This document shows, piece after piece, positions 28,836-38,735 of a stretch of DNA of 64,000 nucleotides; within the stretch, counting starts at the first letter, position 1; each line of letters starts with the position of its first letter. The notes under the pieces were generated by a model. That model was not told the origin of the DNA. It searched no databases and saw only the letters and a program-made list of their open reading frames with translations. Position numbers and translations under genes: made by a program. This DNA is from an uncultured Candidatus Binatia bacterium (lineage in GTDB: Bacteria; Desulfobacterota; Binatia; UBA9968; JAJDTQ01). The DNA lies in the NCBI GenBank assembly GCA_964291295.2, contig OZ219754.1, positions 832,001 through 896,000 on the forward strand. Direction: 5' to 3'.

Positions 28836-29303
28836 GTGTACCGGCTTGTGGACCGTCCCATCGAATTGAACGATCTGGTGGCCTTCGTGGGGGATCCCGG
28901 GGCGGGCGCCCTGGCCACGTTCATCGGAACCACCCGGGACAACAACGAAGGCCGTTCCATCGTCTCTCTGGACTACGAGGCCTACCCGGGGATGGCCGAG
29001 CAGGAGATGGCCCGGCTCGGGGAAGATGCGGCGAAGCAGTGGCACATCACGCGAATGGCCATCGTGCACCGCACCGGCAATGTGCCCATCGGCCAGGCCA
29101 GCGTCATCATCGCGGTGTCGGCGCCGCACCGGGACGACGCCTTCAAGGCCTGCCGCTACGCCATCGACGAACTCAAGAAACGCGTACCCATCTGGAAGAA
29201 GGAGATCTACCAAGGCGGGGAAGTCTGGATCGGCAGTCAGACCGGCGAGCGGTTCGCCGCCCCGCCGGACGCCTCGACAACAGTCCCGCTTTCGCGGGAA
29301 TGA
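28836..29303 (+). CDS. moaE: Molybdopterin synthase catalytic subunit
   Basis: FIGTTR, LDYEAY, HRTG, APHR, PIWKKE. Confidence 0.95.
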   Translation: MYRLVDRPIELNDLVAFVGDPGAGALATFIGTTRDNNEGRSIVSLDYEAYPGMAEQEMARLGEDAAKQWHITRMAIVHRTGNVPIGQASVIIAVSAPHRDDAFKACRYAIDELKKRVPIWKKEIYQGGEVWIGSQTGERFAAPPDASTTVPLSRE

Positions 29304-29306
29304 CGG
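29284..29306. repeat. REP/RPE-like palindrome overlapping the moaE stop
   Basis: TCCCGCTTTCGCGGGAATGAC (reverse GTCATTCCCGCGAAAGCGGGA); related copy at 44993-45013. Confidence 0.6.
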
Positions 29307-29344
29307 AGCGCGGCACCGGTATCCAGGCCGGGCGGAGCCCGCGG

Positions 29345-30079
29345 TCAGCCCTCCTCGATGCGGAGAATGGCCGACTCCGGCAACTTCTCCAGCAGTCCGG
29401 CCACCGCCTGGTCGAGATAGTCGCCGCTCTTGGACTCCACCGTCACCTTCACCTTGTAGTCCGGATTGTCCAGCACCGGATAGGAACCGAGCATGATGTC
29501 GGGAAACCGTGCCAGCAGGTCGTTCAGTGTCTCGGCGATGACGCCCTCGCCGTTGCGGATGTAGATGTTCCTGAGGTGGTAGGGCGCCTCGCGGAAGCGC
29601 TCCTTGATGGCGTTGAAGCGATCCTGCAGAATGCGCGGCACGCCGGCGAAGATGTAGACGTTGTTCATCCGCACCACCGGAGCGAACAGCGAACCGCCGC
29701 CCACGAGTTCGGCTCCGTCCGGCACCATGGCCATGCGCCGCCGTGCCGGATTGAGTTCGGCGCCGTAGCGCTGCGACAGTCGGCGTTCGAGTTGCGGGTG
29801 GATGACCGCCTCGACCCCGAAGCCATGGGCGATGCCCTCGATGGTGACATCGTCGTGGGTGGGGCCGACGCCGCCGGTGGTGAAGACGAGGTTCCACCTG
29901 GCGGAGAAACGCGCGGCCGTGCGTCCGATGAGTTCCCGGTGGTCGGGGATGACGGTGACGCGCTGCACGTCGACGCCCAGGAGCCGCAGCTCTCGACAAA
30001 GAAAGGTCGAGTTGATGTCCTGGGTCTTGCCCGACAGGACTTCGTTGCCAATGATGATGATGCCCGCGGTCTTCGACAT
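29345..30079 (-). CDS. CinA N-terminal-like (competence/damage-inducible, molybdopterin-binding domain) protein
   Basis: IIIGNEVLSGKTQDIN, TTGGVGPTHDDVT, AGVP, GSYP. Confidence 0.88.
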   Translation of the reverse strand: MSKTAGIIIIGNEVLSGKTQDINSTFLCRELRLLGVDVQRVTVIPDHRELIGRTAARFSARWNLVFTTGGVGPTHDDVTIEGIAHGFGVEAVIHPQLERRLSQRYGAELNPARRRMAMVPDGAELVGGGSLFAPVVRMNNVYIFAGVPRILQDRFNAIKERFREAPYHLRNIYIRNGEGVIAETLNDLLARFPDIMLGSYPVLDNPDYKVKVTVESKSGDYLDQAVAGLLEKLPESAILRIEEG

Positions 30080-30153
30080 GGCGTGGCCTCATACTATGCC
30101 ATGTCGGGGCAAAGCGAAAGAACCCGAGGACCACGGGAGGAGGTCCGGATGAG

Positions 30154-30882
30154 ATGACAGGGACAGCGCAATACCTGATCGATGTGGCCTATCCGTACTG
30201 GGAGACCGAGGCGGAGATCGCCAGGCGCTTCTTCCGCGCCAAGCCGGCGCGCGAGCGGCACATCCACTGGCTTCGGGCACAGCTCTGGAAGGAGCTGCAT
30301 CCGGTGGACGGTTACTTCAGCGGCCTCCATCGGGAGCTCGCCAATCTGGTGGAGATGTTCCCGGAGGTGGATCGGACCGTGGACCGCCACCACTATCACG
30401 GGCTCCTGGAGCAGATGGTGCAGGAGTTCAACCATTATGTGCTCCAGGCGGACATCCTGGAGTACCTGCTGGGCCGAAGGATCGGCGCCGATGACACCGT
30501 CCAGTTGTCCGAGGAGAAGACCCTGGGGAATCTGCGCCGGACCTTTGTCGCCGGCTCGGCGGTGGAAAAGGCGGCGGTGCTGGTGACGGAAGGGGGCGGT
30601 GCGAGACTGTTTCGCGAGGGGCGCAAGCTCAAGGGAGGCGTGCTCGAACGCAAGATTGCCGCGGCCATGGAGGTCATCTACCAGGATGAGAAGAGCCACT
30701 ACCGGGTGGCGGCGCAAGAGGCCGCCTCGGCGGTCGCCGGCCAACGCGATCTGAAGGCCATGAAGCGGGCCATCCAGCGCGTCAGCCTGCAGCGGGTGCA
30801 CATGAGGAACGAGATGTTCCAGTTCCCGCTGTCGGCGGAGGGCGTCAAGCGCTGCCTGGTCAAGTTTCACAGGGAGGTCTGA
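30154..30882 (+). CDS. Hypothetical ferritin-like (di-iron) protein
   Basis: Helical, with E...EFNH and E...DEKSH ligand-like motifs; RBS GGAGG. Confidence 0.55.
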   Translation: MTGTAQYLIDVAYPYWETEAEIARRFFRAKPARERHIHWLRAQLWKELHPVDGYFSGLHRELANLVEMFPEVDRTVDRHHYHGLLEQMVQEFNHYVLQADILEYLLGRRIGADDTVQLSEEKTLGNLRRTFVAGSAVEKAAVLVTEGGGARLFREGRKLKGGVLERKIAAAMEVIYQDEKSHYRVAAQEAASAVAGQRDLKAMKRAIQRVSLQRVHMRNEMFQFPLSAEGVKRCLVKFHREV

Positions 30883-30975
30883 CCGCGGGCGGCCGCGGCG
30901 CGGGAAGGACGGCCAGCGTGCGGTGGTCCCCGGGGTGGCGCGGTGTGGTCGGGAGACCGCTGGCGGGACGCGCCG

Positions 30976-31776
30976 TCAGGGCCGACCCGGTGGATGGCCC
31001 TTGGGGCCGGCGCATACGCCGCGGCGCGATGAGCGGATGAAGTCCAGGAGTTCCAGGACGTCGCCGGAGGCGTCGCCAAGGGCGGCTTCCAGTTCCTTCA
31101 CCGACGCGCCGAGGTTGCGCCGCTTGCGAAAGAGAAGCTGAAAGGCGTTCTTCAGGGTCCGGATCCTGGCGTCGTCGAAACCGGCCCGCCGCAACCCCAC
31201 GACATTCAGCCCGCGTACCGTATGCTGCCAGTCGATGATGGAGAACGGAGGCACGTCGCGGCTCGTGGCGCTCATGCCGCGCATGATGGCGATACGCCCG
31301 ACGCGGACGAACTGGTGGACCGCGCAGTTCGCGGAGAGCACCGCGCGGTCGCCCACCTCCACGTAGCCCCCCAGCACGGCGTTGTTGGTCAGGATGATGC
31401 GGTTGCCCAGCTTGCAGTTGTGGCCCACGTGGCTGTTGGCCATCAGGAAGTTGTCATCGCCGATGACGGTGGTGGTTTCGGCCGCGGTGCCCCGGTGTAC
31501 CTGAACCCCCTCGCGGAACACGTTGCGGTGGCCGATGCGGAGGTAGGATCTGGCGCCCCGGTACGACAGATCCTGTGGCGCGTCGCCGAGTACCGCCCCG
31601 CTGTGCACCTCGTTGCCTTCCCCGATCTCGGTCCAGCCCATGACCACGGCGTGCGGCGACAGGTGTGTTCCCGCCCCGATCTTCACCGGCCCGTCGACCA
31701 CGGCGTAAGCACCCAGTCGAGCCTCGGGATGGATTTCCGCCCGTGGATCCACCACGGCTGCAGGATGTATCGACAT
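30976..31776 (-). CDS. lpxA: UDP-N-acetylglucosamine O-acyltransferase
   Basis: Hexapeptide repeats, PQDL, HRGT, HVGHNC, VHQFVRVG, GLNVVGLRR. Confidence 0.9.
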   Translation of the reverse strand: MSIHPAAVVDPRAEIHPEARLGAYAVVDGPVKIGAGTHLSPHAVVMGWTEIGEGNEVHSGAVLGDAPQDLSYRGARSYLRIGHRNVFREGVQVHRGTAAETTTVIGDDNFLMANSHVGHNCKLGNRIILTNNAVLGGYVEVGDRAVLSANCAVHQFVRVGRIAIMRGMSATSRDVPPFSIIDWQHTVRGLNVVGLRRAGFDDARIRTLKNAFQLLFRKRRNLGASVKELEAALGDASGDVLELLDFIRSSRRGVCAGPKGHPPGRP

Positions 31777-31834
31777 GGGATGATGCCCGCCCGTTTGCAG
31801 CGTCACACCGCGCTGACGGGCGCGGCATCCGGTA

Positions 31835-32023
31835 TCATCGACGGTCGGTCTCGTCGTGCGCTTCGTCCTCAAGATCGGCGCCGGCGATCCGGTACTTGCC
31901 GTCTGCCCAGGATCCGAGATCCACGACGCGGCAACGTTCCGAACAGAAGGGCCGGTGCGGGTTGCCGGCCCATACAGTCTCGGTACGGCAAATGGGGCAT
32001 CGGGTTGAGGTTGTCGGCATCAT
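31835..32023 (-). CDS. yacG: DNA gyrase inhibitor YacG
   Basis: CPIC...RPFCSERCRVVDLGSW. Confidence 0.92.
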   Translation of the reverse strand: MMPTTSTRCPICRTETVWAGNPHRPFCSERCRVVDLGSWADGKYRIAGADLEDEAHDETDRR

Positions 32024-32187
32024 GCTCCAGGCCGTCGGAGGTGGCCCGCATGGGCGCGGCTCCGGGCATTGTGTGGCGTCCACCCCTGAGTAACAGTTCG
32101 GCGCCGGTTTTTCAAAACATGGAACAGAACAACGGTGCTTGAGAGCGGGGGAAGAGGAAGGCATACTGACTGTCGGAGCGAAGCGGG

Positions 32188-33141
32188 ATGAGCGACCAGT
32201 TGCCGATCCTCATACTTGCCGGCGGCAACGATCGACTGGAGACGATACCCCACGGATTCACGGCCGACGACGTGTTGCGGGGCTTCAAGGGGGCGGTGAA
32301 GCTCCCGTCCGGGCGGTGTATCGCCGGCGAGCTGGTTCAGCGCATTCGCGAGAGCGGGCGGTTCAAGGAGCCCGTTCTCGTAGGCCCTCAGCGGGTCTAC
32401 GACGGCTTGGTGGACTGTGAGATCCTGGACACCACCGGCGACCTGCTTGCCACCATCACGGCCTTTGCTTCGGTGCTGACCCGGCGTTATCCGGACCGGC
32501 CCGTGGCCGTGTCGGCCTGCGACATCCTGCCCACCGCCGCGGATTTCCGGGATCTTCTGGACGAATCGTATCTTCCCAACGCCAACAGCGGCCTCTGGTG
32601 GCAGTTGATCGCGGCCGAGCCCGCGGAGATGGGCGTGAGCAGCTGGAAGCCGAGTTACCGCATGCGGCCGGCCCCCGGCGAGCCGCTGCTGAACCTCTAT
32701 CCGGGTCATCTGGTGATCCTCCGATCCGAGGCGGTCCGTCTCGACATCTTCAACCGGTTCCTGATGCTCGCCTACCGCTCTCGCAACCGCGGCCTCTGCG
32801 GGCGCATGATCCGCATCACGCTCCGCGCCTTGGGCCTGTGGCTGGCGGACGACGCGAGACGCATCGCCTCGTTCCGGTGGCCCGGGCGCATCGTCTCGGC
32901 TCCCTGGGGTATCTTCAGGGCTTATCGCAGATACGGCCGGGGGCGGCTCGCGGTTTCCGACCTCGCCGGCGAGTTGACCCGGCAGATCATGGTGCCGGAC
33001 CGCTCTGGCCGCTTCGAGCACCCGGTGGCGATGGTGGTGACCCGGCTGCGCTCCTTTGCCAAGGACATCGACACCCGCCCCGAACTGGAGGAAGTGCTGG
33101 GCGAGGGGGAGGTGACCAGGGACGATGTACGGACGGGGTGA
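32188..33141 (+). CDS. Hypothetical MobA/IspD-like nucleotidyltransferase-fold protein
   Basis: N-terminal ILILAGG, central ACDIL, C-terminal KDIDTRPELEE. Confidence 0.5.
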   Translation: MSDQLPILILAGGNDRLETIPHGFTADDVLRGFKGAVKLPSGRCIAGELVQRIRESGRFKEPVLVGPQRVYDGLVDCEILDTTGDLLATITAFASVLTRRYPDRPVAVSACDILPTAADFRDLLDESYLPNANSGLWWQLIAAEPAEMGVSSWKPSYRMRPAPGEPLLNLYPGHLVILRSEAVRLDIFNRFLMLAYRSRNRGLCGRMIRITLRALGLWLADDARRIASFRWPGRIVSAPWGIFRAYRRYGRGRLAVSDLAGELTRQIMVPDRSGRFEHPVAMVVTRLRSFAKDIDTRPELEEVLGEGEVTRDDVRTG

Positions 33142-33147
33142 GGGATA

Positions 33148-33873
33148 TTACAGGAGTGCGAGCCACTCGGTCAGAAACGCGGGCCCCTGGCGCTCGAGCC
33201 GGGGGGCGGCGCGGCCGGTGGCGGCCCGGAGTTCCGCCACCGAGATGCCGGGTGTCGTCTCGATCTCCAGCGTGTGGCCGATGAACCAGCGTTCGAGGCC
33301 GGCAGCCGTCACCTCGGCGTGAAACTGCAGCGCCAGCCCGTGCGCGCCCCAGCGAAAGGCCTGGTTCTCGCACGCTCGGGTGGCGGCCAGATGCACCCCG
33401 CCCCGGGGCAGGTGGAAGGTGTCCCCGTGCCAGTGGAGCACCGGCGTCTTGTCCGGCGCCAGGTGGCGCAGCGCCGACGCCGCGCCCGCCTCGGTCAGCG
33501 TCAGCGGCCCCCAGCCGATCTCCTTCGCCCCGGCCCGGTATACGCGGGCGCCCAGCGCCCGGGCCATGAGCTGGGCGCCCAGGCAGATGCCCAAGGTCGG
33601 CCGGCCGGCGTCCAGGCGCCGCTCCAGCAACCGGGTTTCGTCCGCCAGGAAGGGATACTGCCGGTCGTCGCCGGCGCCGATGGGCCCGCCCAGGACGATC
33701 AGAAGGTCGGCGCCGGCCACGCCGGGCCGGTCGAGCGCGTCCGAACCCGCGTCCAGGTATTCGATGCGGTAGCCGCGCCGGGTCAGCGGCTCGGCAAACG
33801 ACCCCAGATCCTCGAAGGCCACGTGGCGCAGGACCACGGCGCGGCGCGCGGTGACGGCGGTGGTGGCGTGCAT
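33148..33873 (-). CDS. Class I glutamine amidotransferase
   Basis: RHVAFEDLG, LGICLGAQL, HWHGD, LQFHAE. Confidence 0.9.
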   Translation of the reverse strand: MHATTAVTARRAVVLRHVAFEDLGSFAEPLTRRGYRIEYLDAGSDALDRPGVAGADLLIVLGGPIGAGDDRQYPFLADETRLLERRLDAGRPTLGICLGAQLMARALGARVYRAGAKEIGWGPLTLTEAGAASALRHLAPDKTPVLHWHGDTFHLPRGGVHLAATRACENQAFRWGAHGLALQFHAEVTAAGLERWFIGHTLEIETTPGISVAELRAATGRAAPRLERQGPAFLTEWLALL

Positions 33874-33923
33874 GAGCAGAAATACGGCGGTGAAGGAAAT
33901 ACGGCCGTGAACCTTCCACCGGG

Positions 33924-34022
33924 GGAAGGTCTGAACCACCCCGGGTTCGCCGGGGTGGAATCAATGGGGTTCACAGGTTGCGGGCCGCTCACTGTCGAGC
34001 CATCGCCCTGTTCAGACCTTCC
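33924..34022 (+). mobile_element. 99-bp MITE with IS5-type terminal inverted repeats, copy 2 (intact ends)
   Basis: Perfect 13-bp TIR GGAAGGTCTGAAC...GTTCAGACCTTCC followed by CTAG. Confidence 0.85.
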
Positions 34023-34069
34023 CTAGCGCGGACAGGGATCGAGATCAACCGGCGAACGGCAGGGGGGAG

Positions 34070-35776
34070 ATGCAGATGGAAGATCACGGCGATCCCGGAC
34101 CTCTCGGGCTGTGCGGGCATCCGGTACTGCCCGCGCCCGATGGGCCGGTGGTCCTGCTCATTCTTGATGGCGTGGGGAACGGTGCGCAGGACGAGTTCGA
34201 CGCGGTGGCGCGGGCGCGGACGCCGAGCCTTGACCTGCTGCGCGAGACGGGGCTGGCGGCCGCGCTCCGGGCCCACGGCACCGCGGTGGGGCTGCCCTCG
34301 GACGCCGACATCGGCAACTCCGAGGTGGGACACAACATCATGGGCGCCGGGCGGGTGTTCGACCAGGGTGCCAAGTGCGTCGACCGCGCCATCAAGACCG
34401 GAACGCTGTGGAACGGCTACTGGAAGACGCTGGTGCAAGGCCTCCGGTCCGGCGGCGGCGCCCTGCACCTCATGGGCCTGCTCTCGGACGGCAACGTCCA
34501 CTCCCATGAGGCCCACCTTCACGCGCTCATCCGCCGCGCCCGCCAGGAAGGGCTGCCGCGGCTCTACGTGCACGCGCTGCTGGACGGCCGGGACGTCCCC
34601 GACCGCACCGCGCTCGTCCATATCGAACGCCTGGAAGCGCTGCTGGCCGAAGTCCGGGACCAGGACGGCCGCGACTACCGCATTGCCTCCGGCGGCGGCC
34701 GGATGGTGGTGACCATGGACCGGTACGAGGCCGACTGGAACATCGTCGCCCGGGGCTGGAGTGCCCACGTCCACGGCGAGGCCGAGGGCTTCCCCAGTGC
34801 CGCCGCCGCGGTGGAGCATTTCCGCGCCCGGGAGCCCGGTCTCAGCGACCAGGTGTTGCCGGCGTTCACCGTGCGGCAATCCGACGGCAGCCCGGTGGCC
34901 GCCATCGAGGACGGCGACGGGGTGATCTTCTTCAACTTCCGCGGCGACCGCGCCATCGAGATGTCCCGGGCCTTCGCCGAGGGCGGCGCGTTCGACCGCT
35001 TCGACCGCGGTCGGCTGCCGGCCGCGGCCTTCGCCGGCATGATGCTCTACGACGGCGACCGGGGCATCCCCGCGCACTATCTCGTGGCGCCCCCCGAGAT
35101 CAGCCACACTCTCGGCGCCTGTCTGGCGGCCGCCGGGATAACCCAGTTCGCCTGCGCCGAGACCCAGAAGTTCGGGCACGTCACCTATTTCTGGAACGGC
35201 AACCGCTCGGGCAAGTTCGACGACGCACTGGAGACGTACGTGGAGATCGCCTCGGAGCAGGGCTCCTTCGAGCAACGCCCGTGGATGCGCTCGGCCGAGA
35301 CCGCCGACGCGGTCAATGGGGCCATCGCCGAAGGGCGCTACCGTTTCATACGCGCCAACTTCGCCGGCGGCGACATGGTCGGCCACACCGGCAACCTGGA
35401 AGCCACCGTCACCGCCGTGGAAGCCATCGACCGGGCCGTGGGTCGGATCTTCGCGGCGGTGGCCGCGGTCCGGGGTTGCCTGGTGGTGACCGCCGACCAC
35501 GGCAATGCCGAGGACATGGTGGAGCGCGACCCGCAAGGCGCGCCGCTCCGCGACCGCGGCAAGCCGGTCTTTCGCACCGCCCATTCCATCAATCCCGTGC
35601 CGTTCCTGATCCGCGACTTTTCCGGGCGCCGCCACGCGCTGGCGCCGCCCCCGGACGCGGGCCTCGGCAACCTCGCTGCCACCCTGCTCGAACTGCTGGG
35701 CTACCAGCCTCCCGCCCACTTCGCTCCGAGCCTGCTGCGGGCGCCGTCCGGCAACCCGCGCGTTGGGCCGCGTTGA
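34070..35776 (+). CDS. gpmI: 2,3-bisphosphoglycerate-independent phosphoglycerate mutase
   Basis: LILDGVG, GNSEVGH, DGRD, MDRYE, NFRGDR, ETQKFGHVT, DMVGH, TADHGN. Confidence 0.96.
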   Translation: MQMEDHGDPGPLGLCGHPVLPAPDGPVVLLILDGVGNGAQDEFDAVARARTPSLDLLRETGLAAALRAHGTAVGLPSDADIGNSEVGHNIMGAGRVFDQGAKCVDRAIKTGTLWNGYWKTLVQGLRSGGGALHLMGLLSDGNVHSHEAHLHALIRRARQEGLPRLYVHALLDGRDVPDRTALVHIERLEALLAEVRDQDGRDYRIASGGGRMVVTMDRYEADWNIVARGWSAHVHGEAEGFPSAAAAVEHFRAREPGLSDQVLPAFTVRQSDGSPVAAIEDGDGVIFFNFRGDRAIEMSRAFAEGGAFDRFDRGRLPAAAFAGMMLYDGDRGIPAHYLVAPPEISHTLGACLAAAGITQFACAETQKFGHVTYFWNGNRSGKFDDALETYVEIASEQGSFEQRPWMRSAETADAVNGAIAEGRYRFIRANFAGGDMVGHTGNLEATVTAVEAIDRAVGRIFAAVAAVRGCLVVTADHGNAEDMVERDPQGAPLRDRGKPVFRTAHSINPVPFLIRDFSGRRHALAPPPDAGLGNLAATLLELLGYQPPAHFAPSLLRAPSGNPRVGPR

Positions 35777-35939
35777 CTCCGGGACCGCCGCCGGCGCGGA
35801 AGGGGATCGAAGGGGACTGCCCGCGCCGCCAGCCCGGGCGCCGCGTGTTCGACCGACGGCTCGCGGCGGCTCTCCATCCGGCGCAAGGGCATTTCGCATC
35901 CTGTTGACCCTTCTTCACCACCCGGAGTAGACTGAACCA

Positions 35940-38711
35940 ATGGCCGCGACAGGTGACAGCGCCGGTGCTGCGGCACCGGCCGCTTCCGGCGCAGGCAGGA
36001 ACAGGAACCGCATCCTTCTTCTGGACAGCTATTCCCTGGCGTTTCGCGCCTTCTTCGCCCTTCCGGAAACCTTGGTGACGAGTTCCGGGCAGGTGACCAA
36101 CGCGGTGTTCGGCTTCACCTCGATGCTCATCAAGCTGGAGGGCGAGGAACGTCCCGACGCGGTCATCGCCTGCATGGACAAGGGGGAACCGCAGTTCCGC
36201 CTGGACCAGTATCCGGCCTACAAGGCGGGCCGGAGCGAGACACCCCCGACCCTGCGGCAGCAGATCCCCCTGATCCGCGAGGTGCTGGAGACCCTTTGCC
36301 TGCCGGTGGTGGAGCTGGCGGGGTACGAGGCTGACGATCTCCTGGCCACGCTGGCCCGGCGCGGGCGCGAGGCCGGGCATCACGTGATCATCGTCAGCGG
36401 CGACCGGGACTGCCTGCAGCTCGTGAACGACCATGTCACCGTACTCATGACGCGCAGGGGCGTGACCGACATGATTCGCTACGACCCGGCGATGGTGGTG
36501 AAACGTTATGGCGTCGGTCCGGAGCGCTGGATCGATTTCGCCGCCCTCAAGGGCGAGCAGGCCGACAACCTTCCCGGCGTCCCCGGCGTGGGCGACAAGA
36601 CGGCGGCCACGCTGCTGCGGAAGTACGGCGACATCGAGGGCATCATCGAGCATGCGGACGAGCTCACTCCGAAGCTCCGCAAGGGGATCGAGGCGTGCGC
36701 CGACCAGGTGAGGCTCAACCGCAGGCTGGGGCGATTGCTGGACGACGTGCCGCTGGAGACCGACGAGGGCCTGTTCGTGCGCCGGCCCCGGGATCCGGAG
36801 ACGGTGCGCAAGCTGTTCACGTCCCTGGAGTTCAGGACGCTCTACCAGCGGCTGCTGGCACTGGCCCCTGAAACGGAGCCGCCGGAGGAGGCGGTGATCC
36901 GGCCGTCGTCCATCACCCGGTGGAGTTCCGACGCGGACTTTCCCCGGGGGGAGGCGGTGGCGGTGGCCTGGGATGGAGAGATGGCGGCGCTGTGCGTGCG
37001 CCCCGGCAAGGTGGGGGTGCTGCCGCTGGAGGAGGCGGCGGGCGCCGGCGGGGTGCTGGCGGCCGAGGGCACCGCCAAGGTGCTGTACGAGTCCAAGCCT
37101 CTGTACAGCGCCATGATCGACAAGGGCGCCGGATTGCGGGGCGTGCGCTGCGATCTCAAGGTCGCGGCCTACCTGCTGGACCCGGGCGCCAGCGGCGGCT
37201 ACGCGCTCAAGGACCTCGTGCGCCGCTACCTGAACGCCGAGCTCGCCGGCGATGGGGCGAACGGCGCGGCGCCGAACGACAAGACACCGGGTGGGCGGAC
37301 GGGTTCGGGCACCGCCGCGGCGTGCGGTCCGGACGGCGAAACGGCCGAGGCCCCGGCGGGCGCACTCCAGGGAGACCTGCTGGCCGCCGGCGGCGGGGAA
37401 CGGGAGCGGGCGCTGCGCCGGCTGGCCGCCGAGGCGGCGGCGGTGCAGGCCTTGGCGCCGGTCCTGGAGGCGGGACTCCGGGAGGCCGGGGTCCGGGAGC
37501 TGGCGCAGGCGCTGGAGTTCCCGCTCACCGAAGTGCTGGCGCGCATGGAGCATGCCGGCATTCTGGTGGACGCCGACTATCTCGACGGCCTCAACCGGGA
37601 GCTGGGGGAGCGCATGAACTCGCTCCACGCCAAGGTTCAGGAGCACGCCGGCGAGACTTTCAACGTGAACTCCCACCCGCAGTTGTCTCGCATTCTGTTC
37701 GAGAAGCTCGGGCTGCCCAAGACCCGGAAGATCAAGACCGGCTACTCCACCGACGCCTCGGAGCTGGGCAAGCTGGCTGGCCGCCATCCCGTCATCGACA
37801 CGCTCCTGGAGTACCGCGAGGTGGCCAAGCTCAGGACCGGCTTCACCGATTCCCTGCTGGCCTTGGTCAATCCGGCGACCGGTCGCATCCACACCACCTA
37901 CGAGCAGGCGGCCGCCGCCACCGGCCGGCTGTCGTCGTCGGCGCCGAATCTTCAGAACATCCCCATCCGGGCGGACCTGGGACGGCAGATACGGCGTGCG
38001 TTCGTGGCCCCGCCCGGCAGCGTGCTGGTTTCCGCGGACTATTCGCAGATCGAGTTGCGCGTGCTCGCCCACCTGTCCGGGGACGGGAGTCTGCTCTCGG
38101 CCTTCGCCCAGGGGCACGACTTTCACGCCGCCACCGCCGCCAAGGTTTTCGGCGTGGACTTGGGCGATGTCACCTCGGAGATGCGCAGCCGCGTCAAGCA
38201 GTTCTCCTACGGCATCGCCTACGGCATGTCGGCGTTCGGGGTCTCCCAGCGGCTGGGCATCGAGGTGGGCGAGGCGCGGGCGTTCATCGACGCCTACTAC
38301 GCCCAGTTCCCGGCGGTGAAGGCGTTCCTGGACTCGCAGGTGGAGAAGGCCCGGATGGACGGCTTCACCACCACCCTGTTCGGCCGCCGCCGCTATCTGC
38401 CGGAGCTTCAGTCCGCCAACCACCGCCTGCGGGCGGTGGGCGAGCGCATGGCCCTGAACGCGCCGATCCAGGGCACTGCCGCCGACATCATGAAACGGGC
38501 GATGATCGCGGTGGACCGTGCGCTGCTGGAGGAAACGGTGGCGCGCATGCTGCTCACGGTCCACGACGAACTGGTGTTCGAGGTGCCCTGCGCCTCGCTG
38601 GACCGGGCCACGAGCCTGATCAGGGAGTGCATGGAAGGAGCCGCCGCGCTGCGCTGCGGCCTGGTGGTGGATCTCCACACCGGGGACAACTGGGCGGACG
38701 CGCATGCTTAG
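35940..38711 (+). CDS. polA: DNA polymerase I
   Basis: 5'-3' exo (YEADD, GDRD, DNLPGVPGVG), TGRLSS.PNLQNIP, DYSQIELR, NAPIQG, VHDEL. Confidence 0.97.
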   Translation: MAATGDSAGAAAPAASGAGRNRNRILLLDSYSLAFRAFFALPETLVTSSGQVTNAVFGFTSMLIKLEGEERPDAVIACMDKGEPQFRLDQYPAYKAGRSETPPTLRQQIPLIREVLETLCLPVVELAGYEADDLLATLARRGREAGHHVIIVSGDRDCLQLVNDHVTVLMTRRGVTDMIRYDPAMVVKRYGVGPERWIDFAALKGEQADNLPGVPGVGDKTAATLLRKYGDIEGIIEHADELTPKLRKGIEACADQVRLNRRLGRLLDDVPLETDEGLFVRRPRDPETVRKLFTSLEFRTLYQRLLALAPETEPPEEAVIRPSSITRWSSDADFPRGEAVAVAWDGEMAALCVRPGKVGVLPLEEAAGAGGVLAAEGTAKVLYESKPLYSAMIDKGAGLRGVRCDLKVAAYLLDPGASGGYALKDLVRRYLNAELAGDGANGAAPNDKTPGGRTGSGTAAACGPDGETAEAPAGALQGDLLAAGGGERERALRRLAAEAAAVQALAPVLEAGLREAGVRELAQALEFPLTEVLARMEHAGILVDADYLDGLNRELGERMNSLHAKVQEHAGETFNVNSHPQLSRILFEKLGLPKTRKIKTGYSTDASELGKLAGRHPVIDTLLEYREVAKLRTGFTDSLLALVNPATGRIHTTYEQAAAATGRLSSSAPNLQNIPIRADLGRQIRRAFVAPPGSVLVSADYSQIELRVLAHLSGDGSLLSAFAQGHDFHAATAAKVFGVDLGDVTSEMRSRVKQFSYGIAYGMSAFGVSQRLGIEVGEARAFIDAYYAQFPAVKAFLDSQVEKARMDGFTTTLFGRRRYLPELQSANHRLRAVGERMALNAPIQGTAADIMKRAMIAVDRALLEETVARMLLTVHDELVFEVPCASLDRATSLIRECMEGAAALRCGLVVDLHTGDNWADAHA

Positions 38712-38735
38712 GAACGTGGTCATACGGGAGGTGAC

